Source: Methanobacterium sp. (GTDB lineage: Archaea; Methanobacteriota; Methanobacteria; Methanobacteriales; Methanobacteriaceae). Taken from it: a stretch of 11,622 nucleotides of DNA. Below, one piece after another: positions 1-8,090 of the stretch; the stretch's first letter is position 1, and every line of letters begins with the position of its first letter. Both the position numbers and the translations under genes were made by a program. The stretch spans positions 11,901 to 23,522 of the forward strand of contig PMWA01000059.1 of the NCBI GenBank assembly GCA_003166335.1. Direction: 5' to 3'. The notes under the pieces were generated by a model. The model was not told the DNA's origin, did no database searches, and saw nothing but the letters and a program-made list of their open reading frames with translations.

Positions 1-92
1 ATCAACATTTGACTTGTGTCCATGGATGGCCTTGATCCATGAAAAGCCTCCAGAGATGTCATTATATCACCAGCAACTTCATGAATCTTCAT
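1..92 (-). CDS. 5' part of a conserved archaeal hypothetical protein, probably DUF2120 family; runs off the left edge
   Basis: Manual translation from the ATG at 92-90 gives MKIHEVAGDIMTSLEAFHGSRPSMDTSQML..., open to the window edge. A GGGGGA RBS-like sequence lies just upstream and the start overlaps the last 14 nt of mptA. The family label is from recall of Methanobacteriales proteins and is not verified. Confidence 0.65.
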   Translation of the reverse strand, partial: MKIHEVAGDIMTSLEAFHGSRPSMDTSQML

Positions 93-1044
93 TAATTATT
101 CCCCCAACAAATTTTAATTCTTTTTTGAGATCACCTAATGTAGCCACTTTCTCTGCGAATGCGTTGTGACGATGAATACTCTCTTCATTAACTTGTCTAA
201 CGGTTACCAAGGTATCATCTGGTAGATGTGAATATTCTGTTATAATTTTTTGTACCATGTTCCGCACGCAATCCTCTACAAACATGGGATTTTCATGTGC
301 TTTAATTACCACTGCACTCTCATCAGATCTTTTTAAGAGTTCACAGACGGGGGCACTCATTGAATCTTCAATTATTCTCATCAAATCCTCCCCTCTGATA
401 AGATGCTGTTCTGGAACTTCAATCATAATCATTCCCCTACCTCGCTGATTATGGGATGCGAAAGAAACTGTTTCCATAACCTTCTGAGTGGTTTCATCAT
501 CCAAAAATTTAAGTAATTCTTGTTTAGCTAATTCTTGTGTTGATTCCTTGGCACAGGGGCAGACAGTCATCCCCACTACTTCTGCTCCGATCATCTTCCT
601 TATAACTACTTTATCACCATCCCGGTAACCTATGGCATCAGCCATGATATTAGTCATTTCCTGTGTTTTGCGATGGGTGACTGGGGATTTCTTCATGATC
701 ATGAAATCACTCTTCATACTTACTTCTGCTCTTTTAGCATATTTATGCTTTTTAAGAAGACAGGTAACGATTTCAGCGCATAAAGATTCAATTTCTAATG
801 AGGTTCCTTTTACAGCCTCCTCTAATACAGCACTAATAGCCTCCGGATTTCTGGACATGTGAATTCCCCTTTTAGTGCTGGGGAGATCAACAAATGCATC
901 GAAGGTTGGAAGGAGAACTATCGGCCTTTTTCCTTCTCTTTCTATCTTTAAAAGTTTCTTAACACCTGTAACTCCTACTCTGGTTAGATGTACAGGTATG
1001 TTCGGTATATTGTCCTGGGTGTCAGGGAAACATGATAAATCCAA
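79..1044 (-). CDS. mptA: GTP cyclohydrolase IV (MptA, FolE2/GCYH-IB family), methanopterin biosynthesis
   Basis: 321 aa with PDTQD near the N-terminus, GIHMSR, TVCPC, HNQRG, NPMFVEDCVR and ESIHRHNA motifs. TTG start with a GGGGTTGA RBS-like sequence upstream. Confidence 0.95.
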   Translation of the reverse strand: MDLSCFPDTQDNIPNIPVHLTRVGVTGVKKLLKIEREGKRPIVLLPTFDAFVDLPSTKRGIHMSRNPEAISAVLEEAVKGTSLEIESLCAEIVTCLLKKHKYAKRAEVSMKSDFMIMKKSPVTHRKTQEMTNIMADAIGYRDGDKVVIRKMIGAEVVGMTVCPCAKESTQELAKQELLKFLDDETTQKVMETVSFASHNQRGRGMIMIEVPEQHLIRGEDLMRIIEDSMSAPVCELLKRSDESAVVIKAHENPMFVEDCVRNMVQKIITEYSHLPDDTLVTVRQVNEESIHRHNAFAEKVATLGDLKKELKFVGGIINEDS

Positions 1045-1134
1045 CTTTTTTCAACCCCTATTGTAATTAATTTCCATTTTAAATGAATCTTCAATCGTTC
1101 TAAAATAATTAATTATTAAAAGAATTAGTTCTGT

Positions 1135-1331
1135 TCTAAAATTTTTCATTTGTTGAACAACTTTTATTTAAAAATTCTATCATTATGACTAATTAAATTT
1201 TAAAGTGATGTAATTTATATAATGAAATGTTATAACTGATGGACTTATTATTATATATATTATTTTCGATTTGAGATTTAATAAAAATGGAGATAAAATA
1301 ATTCGTATCTAAAAAATTCTATTTGTTGAAC
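1135..1331. repeat. Imperfect 24-bp direct repeat (copies at 1135-1158 and 1308-1331) upstream of mptA
   Basis: TCTAAAATTTTTCATTTGTTGAAC vs TCTAAAAAATTCTATTTGTTGAAC: 20/24 identical, with an exact 11-bp core ATTTGTTGAAC. Confidence 0.5.
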
Positions 1332-1580
1332 GTGGTTATACAATTACATTAATCCATTAATAAAAAAAACATAATCAAGCTACGTGTTAATATGATTTTT
1401 CAGTTCAAATATATCTTCTTCTTTCATACTTATTTCCATAATATTTATAAAAAGTACGTATTCATTCTATTATTATGTTTATTCCCCGTATCATGATTAT
1501 ATCATTATTTACAGTGAATTAACGTCATTAAAAAGAATTGAATTAAGGAAAATTTAGACCATAGGGGATTAATAAGTTTT

Positions 1581-2100
1581 TTAAATTTCTTGGAAATATT
1601 CCCAGTTTATTACTTCCTCTAACTCCCGTCGTGGGAGTGGTAAAGGAGTTTCATCAGGATAACCTATAGGAATTATAGTAACTGGTTTTAAATAATCTGG
1701 AAGTTTTAGATTACTATATTAAGAATTCTTCATCGAAAGCACCCACCCAATCCTATGGCATGAGCTGTTAAAAGAATATTTTGGCCTGCGCAGGCTGCAT
1801 CCTGGATACAGAAAAGTTTTTTTCCTCTTTCATGGTATATGGTGGCTGATCTGTGCATATTTGCACATAATATCATAACCACTGGAGCTTCACTAATAAA
1901 ATCTCGCATATATGCTGCTTTAGTTAATATTCGTTTTTTTCAGAATTTTTTGTTAATATTACATCCCAACTTTGGAGATTACCTGCAGATGGTGCCCATA
2001 AACCTGCTTTCAATATTTTATAGATTAATTGATCGTCTATTTCTTTTTTTTTAAATTTCCTGACGCTTCTCCTTTCTGATATAGCCTTAAAAACATCCAA
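1581..2100 (-). pseudogene. Nitroreductase-family (FMN-dependent) oxidoreductase pseudogene with three frameshifts
   Basis: TTG at 2100-2098 with AGGTGG RBS at 2113-2108. Stitching frames gives MDVFKAISERRSVRKF...LWAPSAGNLQSW.../...FISEAPVVMILCAN...IQDAACAGQNILLTAHAIG/WVGAFDEE.../LKLPDYLKPVTIIPIGYPDETP...WEYFQEI*, with stop at 1583-1581. Frame breaks near 1934-1940, 1745-1751 and 1711-1717. Confidence 0.9.
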
Positions 2101-2113
2101 ATTAATACCACCT

Positions 2114-2842
2114 TTACTTCACAAAGGCGTCCACCACTACGTGATAAACACCAGGCGAATATTTTTTAATAATCCTTTTATTTAATATCTCCACTTCACG
2201 ATTCTTTGCAGCTTTCATTATTCTATGGATTGGTCTTCTAAATTTTAACTTTTCAGGGACTGATTCATGATAGTGAATTATTCCCCCTTCCTCCTTAAGT
2301 GATTGCAACGCAACATCTAAATAATGGTGAGTATTTCCAATATAACCCATTAACACCCGATCAGCCACTCTTTTAGGTGCTTTTTCACGGCAATCTCCCA
2401 TTAATGGTTTAATTATTTGTGAAACTTTATTTAATTCTATATTTTGACATAAATAATCATAAGCCACTGGATTTATCTCTACAGAATAAATTTTTTCCAC
2501 GGGGGAGTGTAAAGCCATGGGTATGGAGAAGTAGCCTATACCTGCGAAAAGATCCACTACGGTTTCGCCTTCATTAGCAATATTAGAGATTCTCCTTCGT
2601 TCTGTAGTATTACCTTTAGACCACATTATTCGGGAGACGTCTAATTTGAAGAGGCAGTGATTTTCTTTATGAATGGTTTCTGTACCTTCACCTAAAATTA
2701 TATCTACTTCTGGTTCTCTTTTCGAACCTTTAATTCTACCTAATTTAACTATGCGTTTAACACCTGGTACTTTTAAAAGAGTTTCAGGATCCTCTACATC
2801 CTGCTTAAGGACTAATATATCCCCAATAATTTTACCTTTCAT
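2114..2842 (-). CDS. taw2: tRNA(Phe) wyosine-derivative aminocarboxypropyltransferase Taw2/TYW2 (Met-10+-like SAM-dependent)
   Basis: 242 aa with IGD near the N-terminus, ETIHKEN.C.FKLDV..IMWS.GN..ER, SAM motif DLFAGIGYF, ADRVLMGY, IIHYHE and KKYSPGVYHVVVD, matching the MJ1557-type Taw2 pattern. Confidence 0.85.
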   Translation of the reverse strand: MKGKIIGDILVLKQDVEDPETLLKVPGVKRIVKLGRIKGSKREPEVDIILGEGTETIHKENHCLFKLDVSRIMWSKGNTTERRRISNIANEGETVVDLFAGIGYFSIPMALHSPVEKIYSVEINPVAYDYLCQNIELNKVSQIIKPLMGDCREKAPKRVADRVLMGYIGNTHHYLDVALQSLKEEGGIIHYHESVPEKLKFRRPIHRIMKAAKNREVEILNKRIIKKYSPGVYHVVVDAFVK

Positions 2843-2880
2843 ACGATATTTATTGAATTTTAAGAGTTGTTAAATATTAT

Positions 2881-2888
2881 TATATAAA
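2881..2888 (-). promoter_or_regulatory. Putative TATA box (TTTATATA) in the divergent taw2 / nuoE-like intergenic region
   Basis: TATATAAA on + reads TTTATATA on -, about 40 nt upstream of the taw2 ATG. The AT-rich background lowers specificity. Confidence 0.4.
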
Positions 2889-3004
2889 TAAAAAATTATA
2901 TTCTAAAAAAAAGTAATCATAATATAGTTGTCTCAGAATAAAAATTAATTTGAATAATTTAAAATAATATAATCAAAAATAATGTTATTAGGAGAAATCT
3001 TTAG

Positions 3005-3475
3005 ATGAATAAAGAGTTAAATGGAATTTTATTATCTTATCAAGGCGTAGAATCTGATTTAATACCTATACTTCAGGATATTCAATCTCATTTCGGATAT
3101 TTACCAGGAAAATTGATGAAGGAAGTTTCAAGTTTTATTGGAATACCGGAAAGTGAACTTTATGGAGTGGCAACATTTTACCAACAATTTAGATTCACCC
3201 CTATAGGCCGCCAACACATCGTCGTATGTGAAGGAACAGCATGCCATGTTAAAGGTGCTAATAAGATTATAGAAAGTATTGAAAGGCATTTAAACATTAA
3301 AAAAGGCGAAGTCACTTTTGATCTTGAATACTCATTAGAGTCTGTAGGATGCTTAGGCTGCTGTGCTTTGGCACCTTGTGCCATGATTAATCATGAAATT
3401 AAATCTAACCTCACCTTGAAGGATATTAAAAAACTTTTTTCTAAAAATAAAGATAATATAATTGAAGATTCATGA
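3005..3475 (+). CDS. nuoE: NuoE/HydC/HndA-like thioredoxin-fold [2Fe-2S] subunit (NAD(P)H-dependent oxidoreductase subunit E)
   Basis: 156 aa with LIPILQDIQ..FGYLP, GVATFY.QF and C75-x4-C80-x35-C116-x3-C120 (CEGTAC...CLGCC.LAP). AGGAG RBS at 2990-2994. Confidence 0.9.
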   Translation: MNKELNGILLSYQGVESDLIPILQDIQSHFGYLPGKLMKEVSSFIGIPESELYGVATFYQQFRFTPIGRQHIVVCEGTACHVKGANKIIESIERHLNIKKGEVTFDLEYSLESVGCLGCCALAPCAMINHEIKSNLTLKDIKKLFSKNKDNIIEDS

Positions 3476-3538
3476 TACCATTAAAACTAAAAGATAAAAT
3501 CATCAATTATAATAAAAGTCTAAGGAGAGTAATTCAAG

Positions 3539-4630
3539 ATGGTAAAATTAAACAGACAAGAAATTCTTAACATTCTAGATGGATACGATAAAGAAAATCT
3601 AACCATAGCAACTTTAGGCAGTCACACTTCCCTACATATACTGAAAGGTGCTAAAGAGGAAGGGTTCAATACAGCCGTTGTTTGTGAAAAAGGAAGAGAA
3701 ATCCCCTACCAAAGATTCAAAGTGGCTGACGAGTATATAATCGTTGATAAATTCAAAGATATAATTAACAGTGAAGTTCAACAAAAACTGCGGGATATGA
3801 ATAGCATAGTAATTCCTCATGGTTCATTTGTAGCTTATGCCGGGTTGGATAGTATTGAAAATGATTTTCATGTACCTATGTTTGGTAATCGGGATATATT
3901 GCGTTGGGAGTCAGATCGGGATCTGGAAAGAAAGTTGATGAATGAGTCTGGGATCAGAATCCCTAACAAATATAAAAATCATTTGGATATTGATAGAACA
4001 GTTATGGTGAAATTCCCTGGTGCTAGAGGGGGTAAAGGATATTTTGTAGCCTCCTCAGCTAAAGAATTTGATGAAAAAATTAAAGTTATGCTGGAGAGAG
4101 AATGGATTGAACGTGAAGACATTGAAAAAGCTCATATAGAAGAATATGTTTCCGGCTGTAATTACTGTATACATTACTTTTATTCCGCGTTAAATGATGA
4201 AGTGGAAGTTTTGGGTATGGATAGTAGGTATGAATCTAATATTGATGGTTTAGTCCGAATTCCAGCTAAAGATCAGCTTGAGATTGGATTAAACCCTTCT
4301 TATGTTATAACCGGAAATCATCCCGTAGTTATGAGGGAGTCTTTGCTTCCGCAGGTATTTGATATTGGAGATAAATTAGTTGAATCTGCTAAGAAGTTCG
4401 TCCCACCAGGTATGAATGGACCCTTTTGTTTGCAGAGTCTATGTACTGATGATCTGGAGATAGTAGTGTTTGAAATGAGCGCCCGTACAGATGGAGGTAG
4501 TAATACTTTCATGCATGCCTCAGCTTACAGTTATCTTCTGTTCGGAGAATTTATGAGTATGGGACGTAGAATAGCCCGTGAAATTAAAAATGGAGTTCGT
4601 GAGGATCGTTTGAATTTAATCATCACTTAA
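3539..4630 (+). CDS. purP: 5-formaminoimidazole-4-carboxamide ribonucleotide (FAICAR) synthetase PurP, ATP-grasp, formate-dependent
   Basis: 363 aa with IATLGSHTSL, PHGSFVAY, PMFGNR, GARGGKGYF, RYESNIDG, GNHPVVMRESLL, GPFCLQ, FEMSAR.DGG and SMGRRIAREI. AGGAG RBS at 3523-3527. Confidence 0.95.
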   Translation: MVKLNRQEILNILDGYDKENLTIATLGSHTSLHILKGAKEEGFNTAVVCEKGREIPYQRFKVADEYIIVDKFKDIINSEVQQKLRDMNSIVIPHGSFVAYAGLDSIENDFHVPMFGNRDILRWESDRDLERKLMNESGIRIPNKYKNHLDIDRTVMVKFPGARGGKGYFVASSAKEFDEKIKVMLEREWIEREDIEKAHIEEYVSGCNYCIHYFYSALNDEVEVLGMDSRYESNIDGLVRIPAKDQLEIGLNPSYVITGNHPVVMRESLLPQVFDIGDKLVESAKKFVPPGMNGPFCLQSLCTDDLEIVVFEMSARTDGGSNTFMHASAYSYLLFGEFMSMGRRIAREIKNGVREDRLNLIIT

Positions 4631-4813
4631 AAAAAATTTTTAATTCAATATTTACTAAGCTTATAAAAATAAACTGACTTCAATAGAGCTGTAAATTTTA
4701 TTTTCTGAAAAAAATAAATAATAAAGAAACATTTATAAGCATCTTCCGTGAAAGTAAGGTTATAAAAAGCTTATGTTCAAATGTAAACTCCATTAAAACT
4801 TAAACAGTAAATA

Positions 4814-4821
4814 TTTATATA
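4814..4821 (+). promoter_or_regulatory. Putative TATA box for psmB
   Basis: TTTATATA preceded by an A-rich BRE-like stretch. GAGGTG RBS at 4896-4901. An alternative TTTATAAG lies at 4732-4739. Confidence 0.4.
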
Positions 4822-4907
4822 ACATGAATTTTAAAATAAAAATTAGTAAAATATTTGTATTTGAAACTATTTTTTTTTATGATATAATTTTTTTAGAGGT
4901 GTAATCT

Positions 4908-5525
4908 ATGAATAATAATCAACTAGAAGGCACTACAACTGTTGGCATAACTTGTAAAGACGGAATTGTTTTTGCCACAGAGAAAAGAGCTACCATGGGT
5001 AACTTAATAGCTCATAAAGTAGCACAAAAGATTTTCAAGATAGATGATCACATTGGATCTACCATTGCAGGGTCTGTTGCACACGCTCAAACACTCATGA
5101 AGTACATAACTGCTGAAGCAAACCTTTACAGGCTCAGAAATGGTGAAGAAATAGGTATAGAAGCAATAGCCACATTAACATCTAACATTTTACGCTCATC
5201 ACCATTATATGTTCAAACACTCCTTGGAGGAGTTGACAATAAAGGACCTAGTTTGTATTCCCTAGATCCAGCAGGTGGCGTTATAAAAGATATGATGATT
5301 TCCACTGGTTCAGGATCACCAGTATGTTATGGAGTATTGGAAGATCGATATAACGAGGATATCTATGTGGAGGAAGGAATAAATTTAGCTATTAGAGCTA
5401 TAAAGTCTGCAATGGAAAGGGATGCTTTTTCAGGTAATGGTATCGCATTGGCTACAATTACCAAAGATGAAGGGTTTAAATTCTTCTCTGAAGAAGAAGT
5501 AGAAAAGAAAATTAAGGATATATAA
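4908..5525 (+). CDS. psmB: 20S proteasome beta subunit (8-aa propeptide, catalytic Thr)
   Basis: MNNNQLEG|TTTVGI processing site, E17/K33 in mature numbering, TGSGS and RDAFSG motifs. GAGGTG RBS. Confidence 0.97.
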   Translation: MNNNQLEGTTTVGITCKDGIVFATEKRATMGNLIAHKVAQKIFKIDDHIGSTIAGSVAHAQTLMKYITAEANLYRLRNGEEIGIEAIATLTSNILRSSPLYVQTLLGGVDNKGPSLYSLDPAGGVIKDMMISTGSGSPVCYGVLEDRYNEDIYVEEGINLAIRAIKSAMERDAFSGNGIALATITKDEGFKFFSEEEVEKKIKDI

Positions 5526-5589
5526 CTGAAATTAATAACTATTTTATCCTAAAATTTTCATTTTTATCATTTAATTAATTATTTTTTTT

Positions 5590-5647
5590 AAATCAGCTAA
5601 GTAAAAACAAAGCAATATAACTTAGCATTTTTCGTTTTCTGTTTTTT
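5590..5647 (+). terminator. Stem-loop followed by U-tracts between psmB and aCPSF1 (terminator/attenuator-like)
   Basis: GCTAAGT (5596-5602) pairs with ACTTAGC (5620-5626) around a 17-nt loop. It is followed by T5 (5628-5632), T4 (5635-5638) and T6 (5642-5647). Confidence 0.45.
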
Positions 5648-5662
5648 AAAGACGTGATATTA

Positions 5663-7567
5663 ATGGGTTCAGAGATTCAAGAAATTAAAAATATAATAGT
5701 ACAAAGACTACCCAAAAGAGTACAAGTAGCCAAAGTAGAATTTGAAGGTCCGGAAGTAGTTATCTACACTAAAAATCCCGAGATCATAACTGAAAATGGA
5801 GATCTGATCAGGGATTTGGCCAAAGATTTAAGAAAACGGATAATTATCCGTTCAGACCGTTCAGTGCTTATGGAGCCAGAAAAGGCCATACGTAAAATTC
5901 ATGAAATAGTTCCAGATGATGCTAAGATTACTAACATCTACTTTGACGAAGTTTCCTGCGAGGTAATAATCGAAGCTCGTAAACCAGGTTTAGTTATTGG
6001 TAAATATGGTGCCACCTCGAGAGAAATAGTTAAAACAATTGGATGGGCACCTAAAATACTTAGAACACCACCTATTGCTTCTGAAATCATACAAAGAATA
6101 AGAAGAACATTAAGAAAAAACAGTAAAGAACGGAAAAAAATATTACAGGATCTAGGAAATCGTATACATCGTGAAATTACATTAGATAATGAATGGACTC
6201 GTTTAACATCTTTAGGGGGTTTTAGAGAAGTCGGAAGATCATCCTTATTTTTACAGACCACTAATAGCAAAGTATTATTAGACTGTGGAGTAAATGTAGC
6301 AGGAACAGACGATAAAAGCGCCTATCCCTATTTAAACGTACCTGAATTTTGTTTAGATGATTTAGATGCAGTTATAATATCTCATGCACATTTAGATCAC
6401 TCCGGATTTTTACCTTACCTTTATCACTATGGATATGAAGGGCCCGTATACTGCACCACACCTACCAGAGATCTTATGACCTTATTACAACTTGATCATA
6501 TAGATATAGCTCATCGAGAGGATAATCCCTTACCATTCAATGTTAAACATGTTAAAAAGAGTATAAAACATACCATAACACTCGATTACGGGGAAGTAAC
6601 CGATATTGCACCTGACATCAGATTAACATTACATAATGCCGGACATATTTTAGGCTCCGCCATAACTCACGCACACATCGGTGACGGGCAACATAACTTT
6701 GTATACACCGGTGACTTCAAATTCGAAAGAAGTAGACTCCTAGAGCCTGCAGTAAATAAATTCCCCCGTATAGAATCCCTAGTAATGGAGAGCACCTACG
6801 GAGGGCATGAAGATGTGCAACCCACGCGCAACGACGCTGAAAAAGAACTGATTAAAACCATTTACCGAACATTGGAACGTGGAGGAAAAATCATGATCCC
6901 TGTATTCGCTGTGGGAAGAGCACAAGAATTAATGATAGTTCTAGATGAGTACATTCGACATGGAATAATTGATGAAGTACCCATATACATCGACGGCATG
7001 ATATGGGAGGCCACTGCCATTCACACTGCCCGACCCGAATATTTAAGTAAAGATCTTCGGGATCAAATATTTCACATGGGAAGAAACCCTTTTATCTCTG
7101 ATGTTTTCCATAAGGTAAATGGGATAGATGAAAGACGAGATATTGTAGAAGGAGAACCATCTATAATTCTTTCGACTTCGGGAATGCTCACTGGAGGAAA
7201 TTCCGTGGAGTACTTCAAATGGCTTTGTGGAGACCAACGTAATTCTTTAGTCTTTGTAGGATATCAAGCTGAAGGTTCTTTGGGAAGAAGGTTGCAGAAG
7301 GGTTGGAAAGAGATACCCCTCAAAGAGGAAGGAAAAACTAATGTTTATAATGTGAAAATGGAGATAAAGACTATAGAAGGTTTCAGTGGACACTCTGATA
7401 GGAAACAGCTCATGGATTATGTGCGACGTATGTCTCCCAAACCAGAAAAAATACTTATATGTCATGGAGACAATTATAAAACACTTGATCTAGCATCCAG
7501 TATTTATCGTCAATTTAAGATTGAAACTAAAACTCCCATGAATTTAGAGACTGTGCGGATTCAATGA
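5663..7567 (+). CDS. fttA: aCPSF1/FttA beta-CASP ribonuclease and transcription termination factor (2 KH domains + MBL + beta-CASP)
   Basis: KH motif [55 protein letters not shown] and HG. The ATG at 5663 (634 aa) is preferred over the GTG at 5654 because GTGAT serves as an RBS. Confidence 0.97.
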   Translation: MGSEIQEIKNIIVQRLPKRVQVAKVEFEGPEVVIYTKNPEIITENGDLIRDLAKDLRKRIIIRSDRSVLMEPEKAIRKIHEIVPDDAKITNIYFDEVSCEVIIEARKPGLVIGKYGATSREIVKTIGWAPKILRTPPIASEIIQRIRRTLRKNSKERKKILQDLGNRIHREITLDNEWTRLTSLGGFREVGRSSLFLQTTNSKVLLDCGVNVAGTDDKSAYPYLNVPEFCLDDLDAVIISHAHLDHSGFLPYLYHYGYEGPVYCTTPTRDLMTLLQLDHIDIAHREDNPLPFNVKHVKKSIKHTITLDYGEVTDIAPDIRLTLHNAGHILGSAITHAHIGDGQHNFVYTGDFKFERSRLLEPAVNKFPRIESLVMESTYGGHEDVQPTRNDAEKELIKTIYRTLERGGKIMIPVFAVGRAQELMIVLDEYIRHGIIDEVPIYIDGMIWEATAIHTARPEYLSKDLRDQIFHMGRNPFISDVFHKVNGIDERRDIVEGEPSIILSTSGMLTGGNSVEYFKWLCGDQRNSLVFVGYQAEGSLGRRLQKGWKEIPLKEEGKTNVYNVKMEIKTIEGFSGHSDRKQLMDYVRRMSPKPEKILICHGDNYKTLDLASSIYRQFKIETKTPMNLETVRIQ

Positions 7568-7572
7568 AGATA

Positions 7573-7605
7573 TTTCTCTCGTTTAATTTTTATTATTAAT
7601 TTTTT
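7573..7605 (+). terminator. U-rich putative terminator of aCPSF1
   Basis: T5 (7587-7591) and T6 (7600-7605) tracts directly after the stop codon. Confidence 0.4.
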
Positions 7606-7614
7606 AATTAAATT

Positions 7615-7797
7615 ATGAATAAAACTATTGAAGACTCCCTAAATACATTAACTACAATTTATTCACAAACATACCTAGAAAAATGCCATTTACGAAGATT
7701 AAAAGCCCTTTAAGATGATGAAGATCATGAAGTTCAACATGTGGGAATCAATGGTTTGACTCATGTAGCAAATATACTAATAAAAATTGAGAAATAA
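7615..7797 (+). pseudogene. Probable decayed HEAT-repeat (PBS lyase HEAT-like) gene fragment
   Basis: The frame from ATG 7615 reads MNKTIEDSLNTLTTIYSQTYLEKCHLRRLKAL*DDEDHEVQHVGINGLTHVANILIKIEK*, with an in-frame TAA at 7711-7713. LKALxDDEDxEVxxxGxxGL resembles the HEAT consensus LxxALxDEDxxVRxxAxxAL. Confidence 0.4.
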
Positions 7798-8082
7798 AAT
7801 ATGTTACTTAGAAAGTTTTTTTAATTTTCATTTTTAAACTATAGCAAAACAAAATTTTTGATATAATCTTAAACTTATTATTATCGAATTCTTAAATTTT
7901 TATCGAAGCTTCACTCTGGAATATTTTTGTTTTTATTATCCGAAATTGCCTAATCAAGTTTAAGTTTTCAGTAAAATAATTATTAACATGTTGTAATACA
8001 TTTCTTATTCTAAATATAAATTTAATAGAAAACCTCACAAATTCCCATTAAATATGAGATATAAAAATTTATTTATAAAAAA

Positions 8083-8090
8083 TTTATAAG
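8083..8090 (+). promoter_or_regulatory. Putative TATA box for purM(-comC)
   Basis: TTTATAAG preceded by an A-run. AGGGGA RBS at 8141-8146 before the ATG at 8156. Confidence 0.35.

Noticed and set aside
1380..1439. Minus-strand mini-ORF MEISMKEEDIFELKNHINT*
   Set aside because: Only 19 codons, with no well-placed RBS and no recognisable family. It could be a relic but cannot be supported.
1045..1580. Possible replication origin (AT-rich, GTTC/GAAC words)
   Set aside because: No cdc6/orc1 gene in the window and no array of recognisable ORB or mini-ORB elements.
1622..1638. Hairpin ACTCCC-GTCGT-GGGAGT
   Set aside because: Lies within former coding sequence (PLPRRE codons), with no further support for an RNA element.
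1934..1940. Programmed frameshift or phase variation at the A7 run of the nitroreductase gene
   Set aside because: Two further downstream lesions mean slippage alone cannot restore the protein.
1839..2054. 71-aa plus-strand ORF
   Set aside because: Antisense shadow of the nitroreductase pseudogene.
79..3475. 13-bp inverted repeat TCATGAATCTTCA (79-91) / TGAAGATTCATGA (3463-3475); mptA and the nuoE-like gene both end in EDS*
   Set aside because: No transposase or target-site duplication, and the enclosed genes are housekeeping. Near-identical words recur at 361-372 and 1084-1095, and the left copy is explained by a stop/start overlap, so coincidence is likely.
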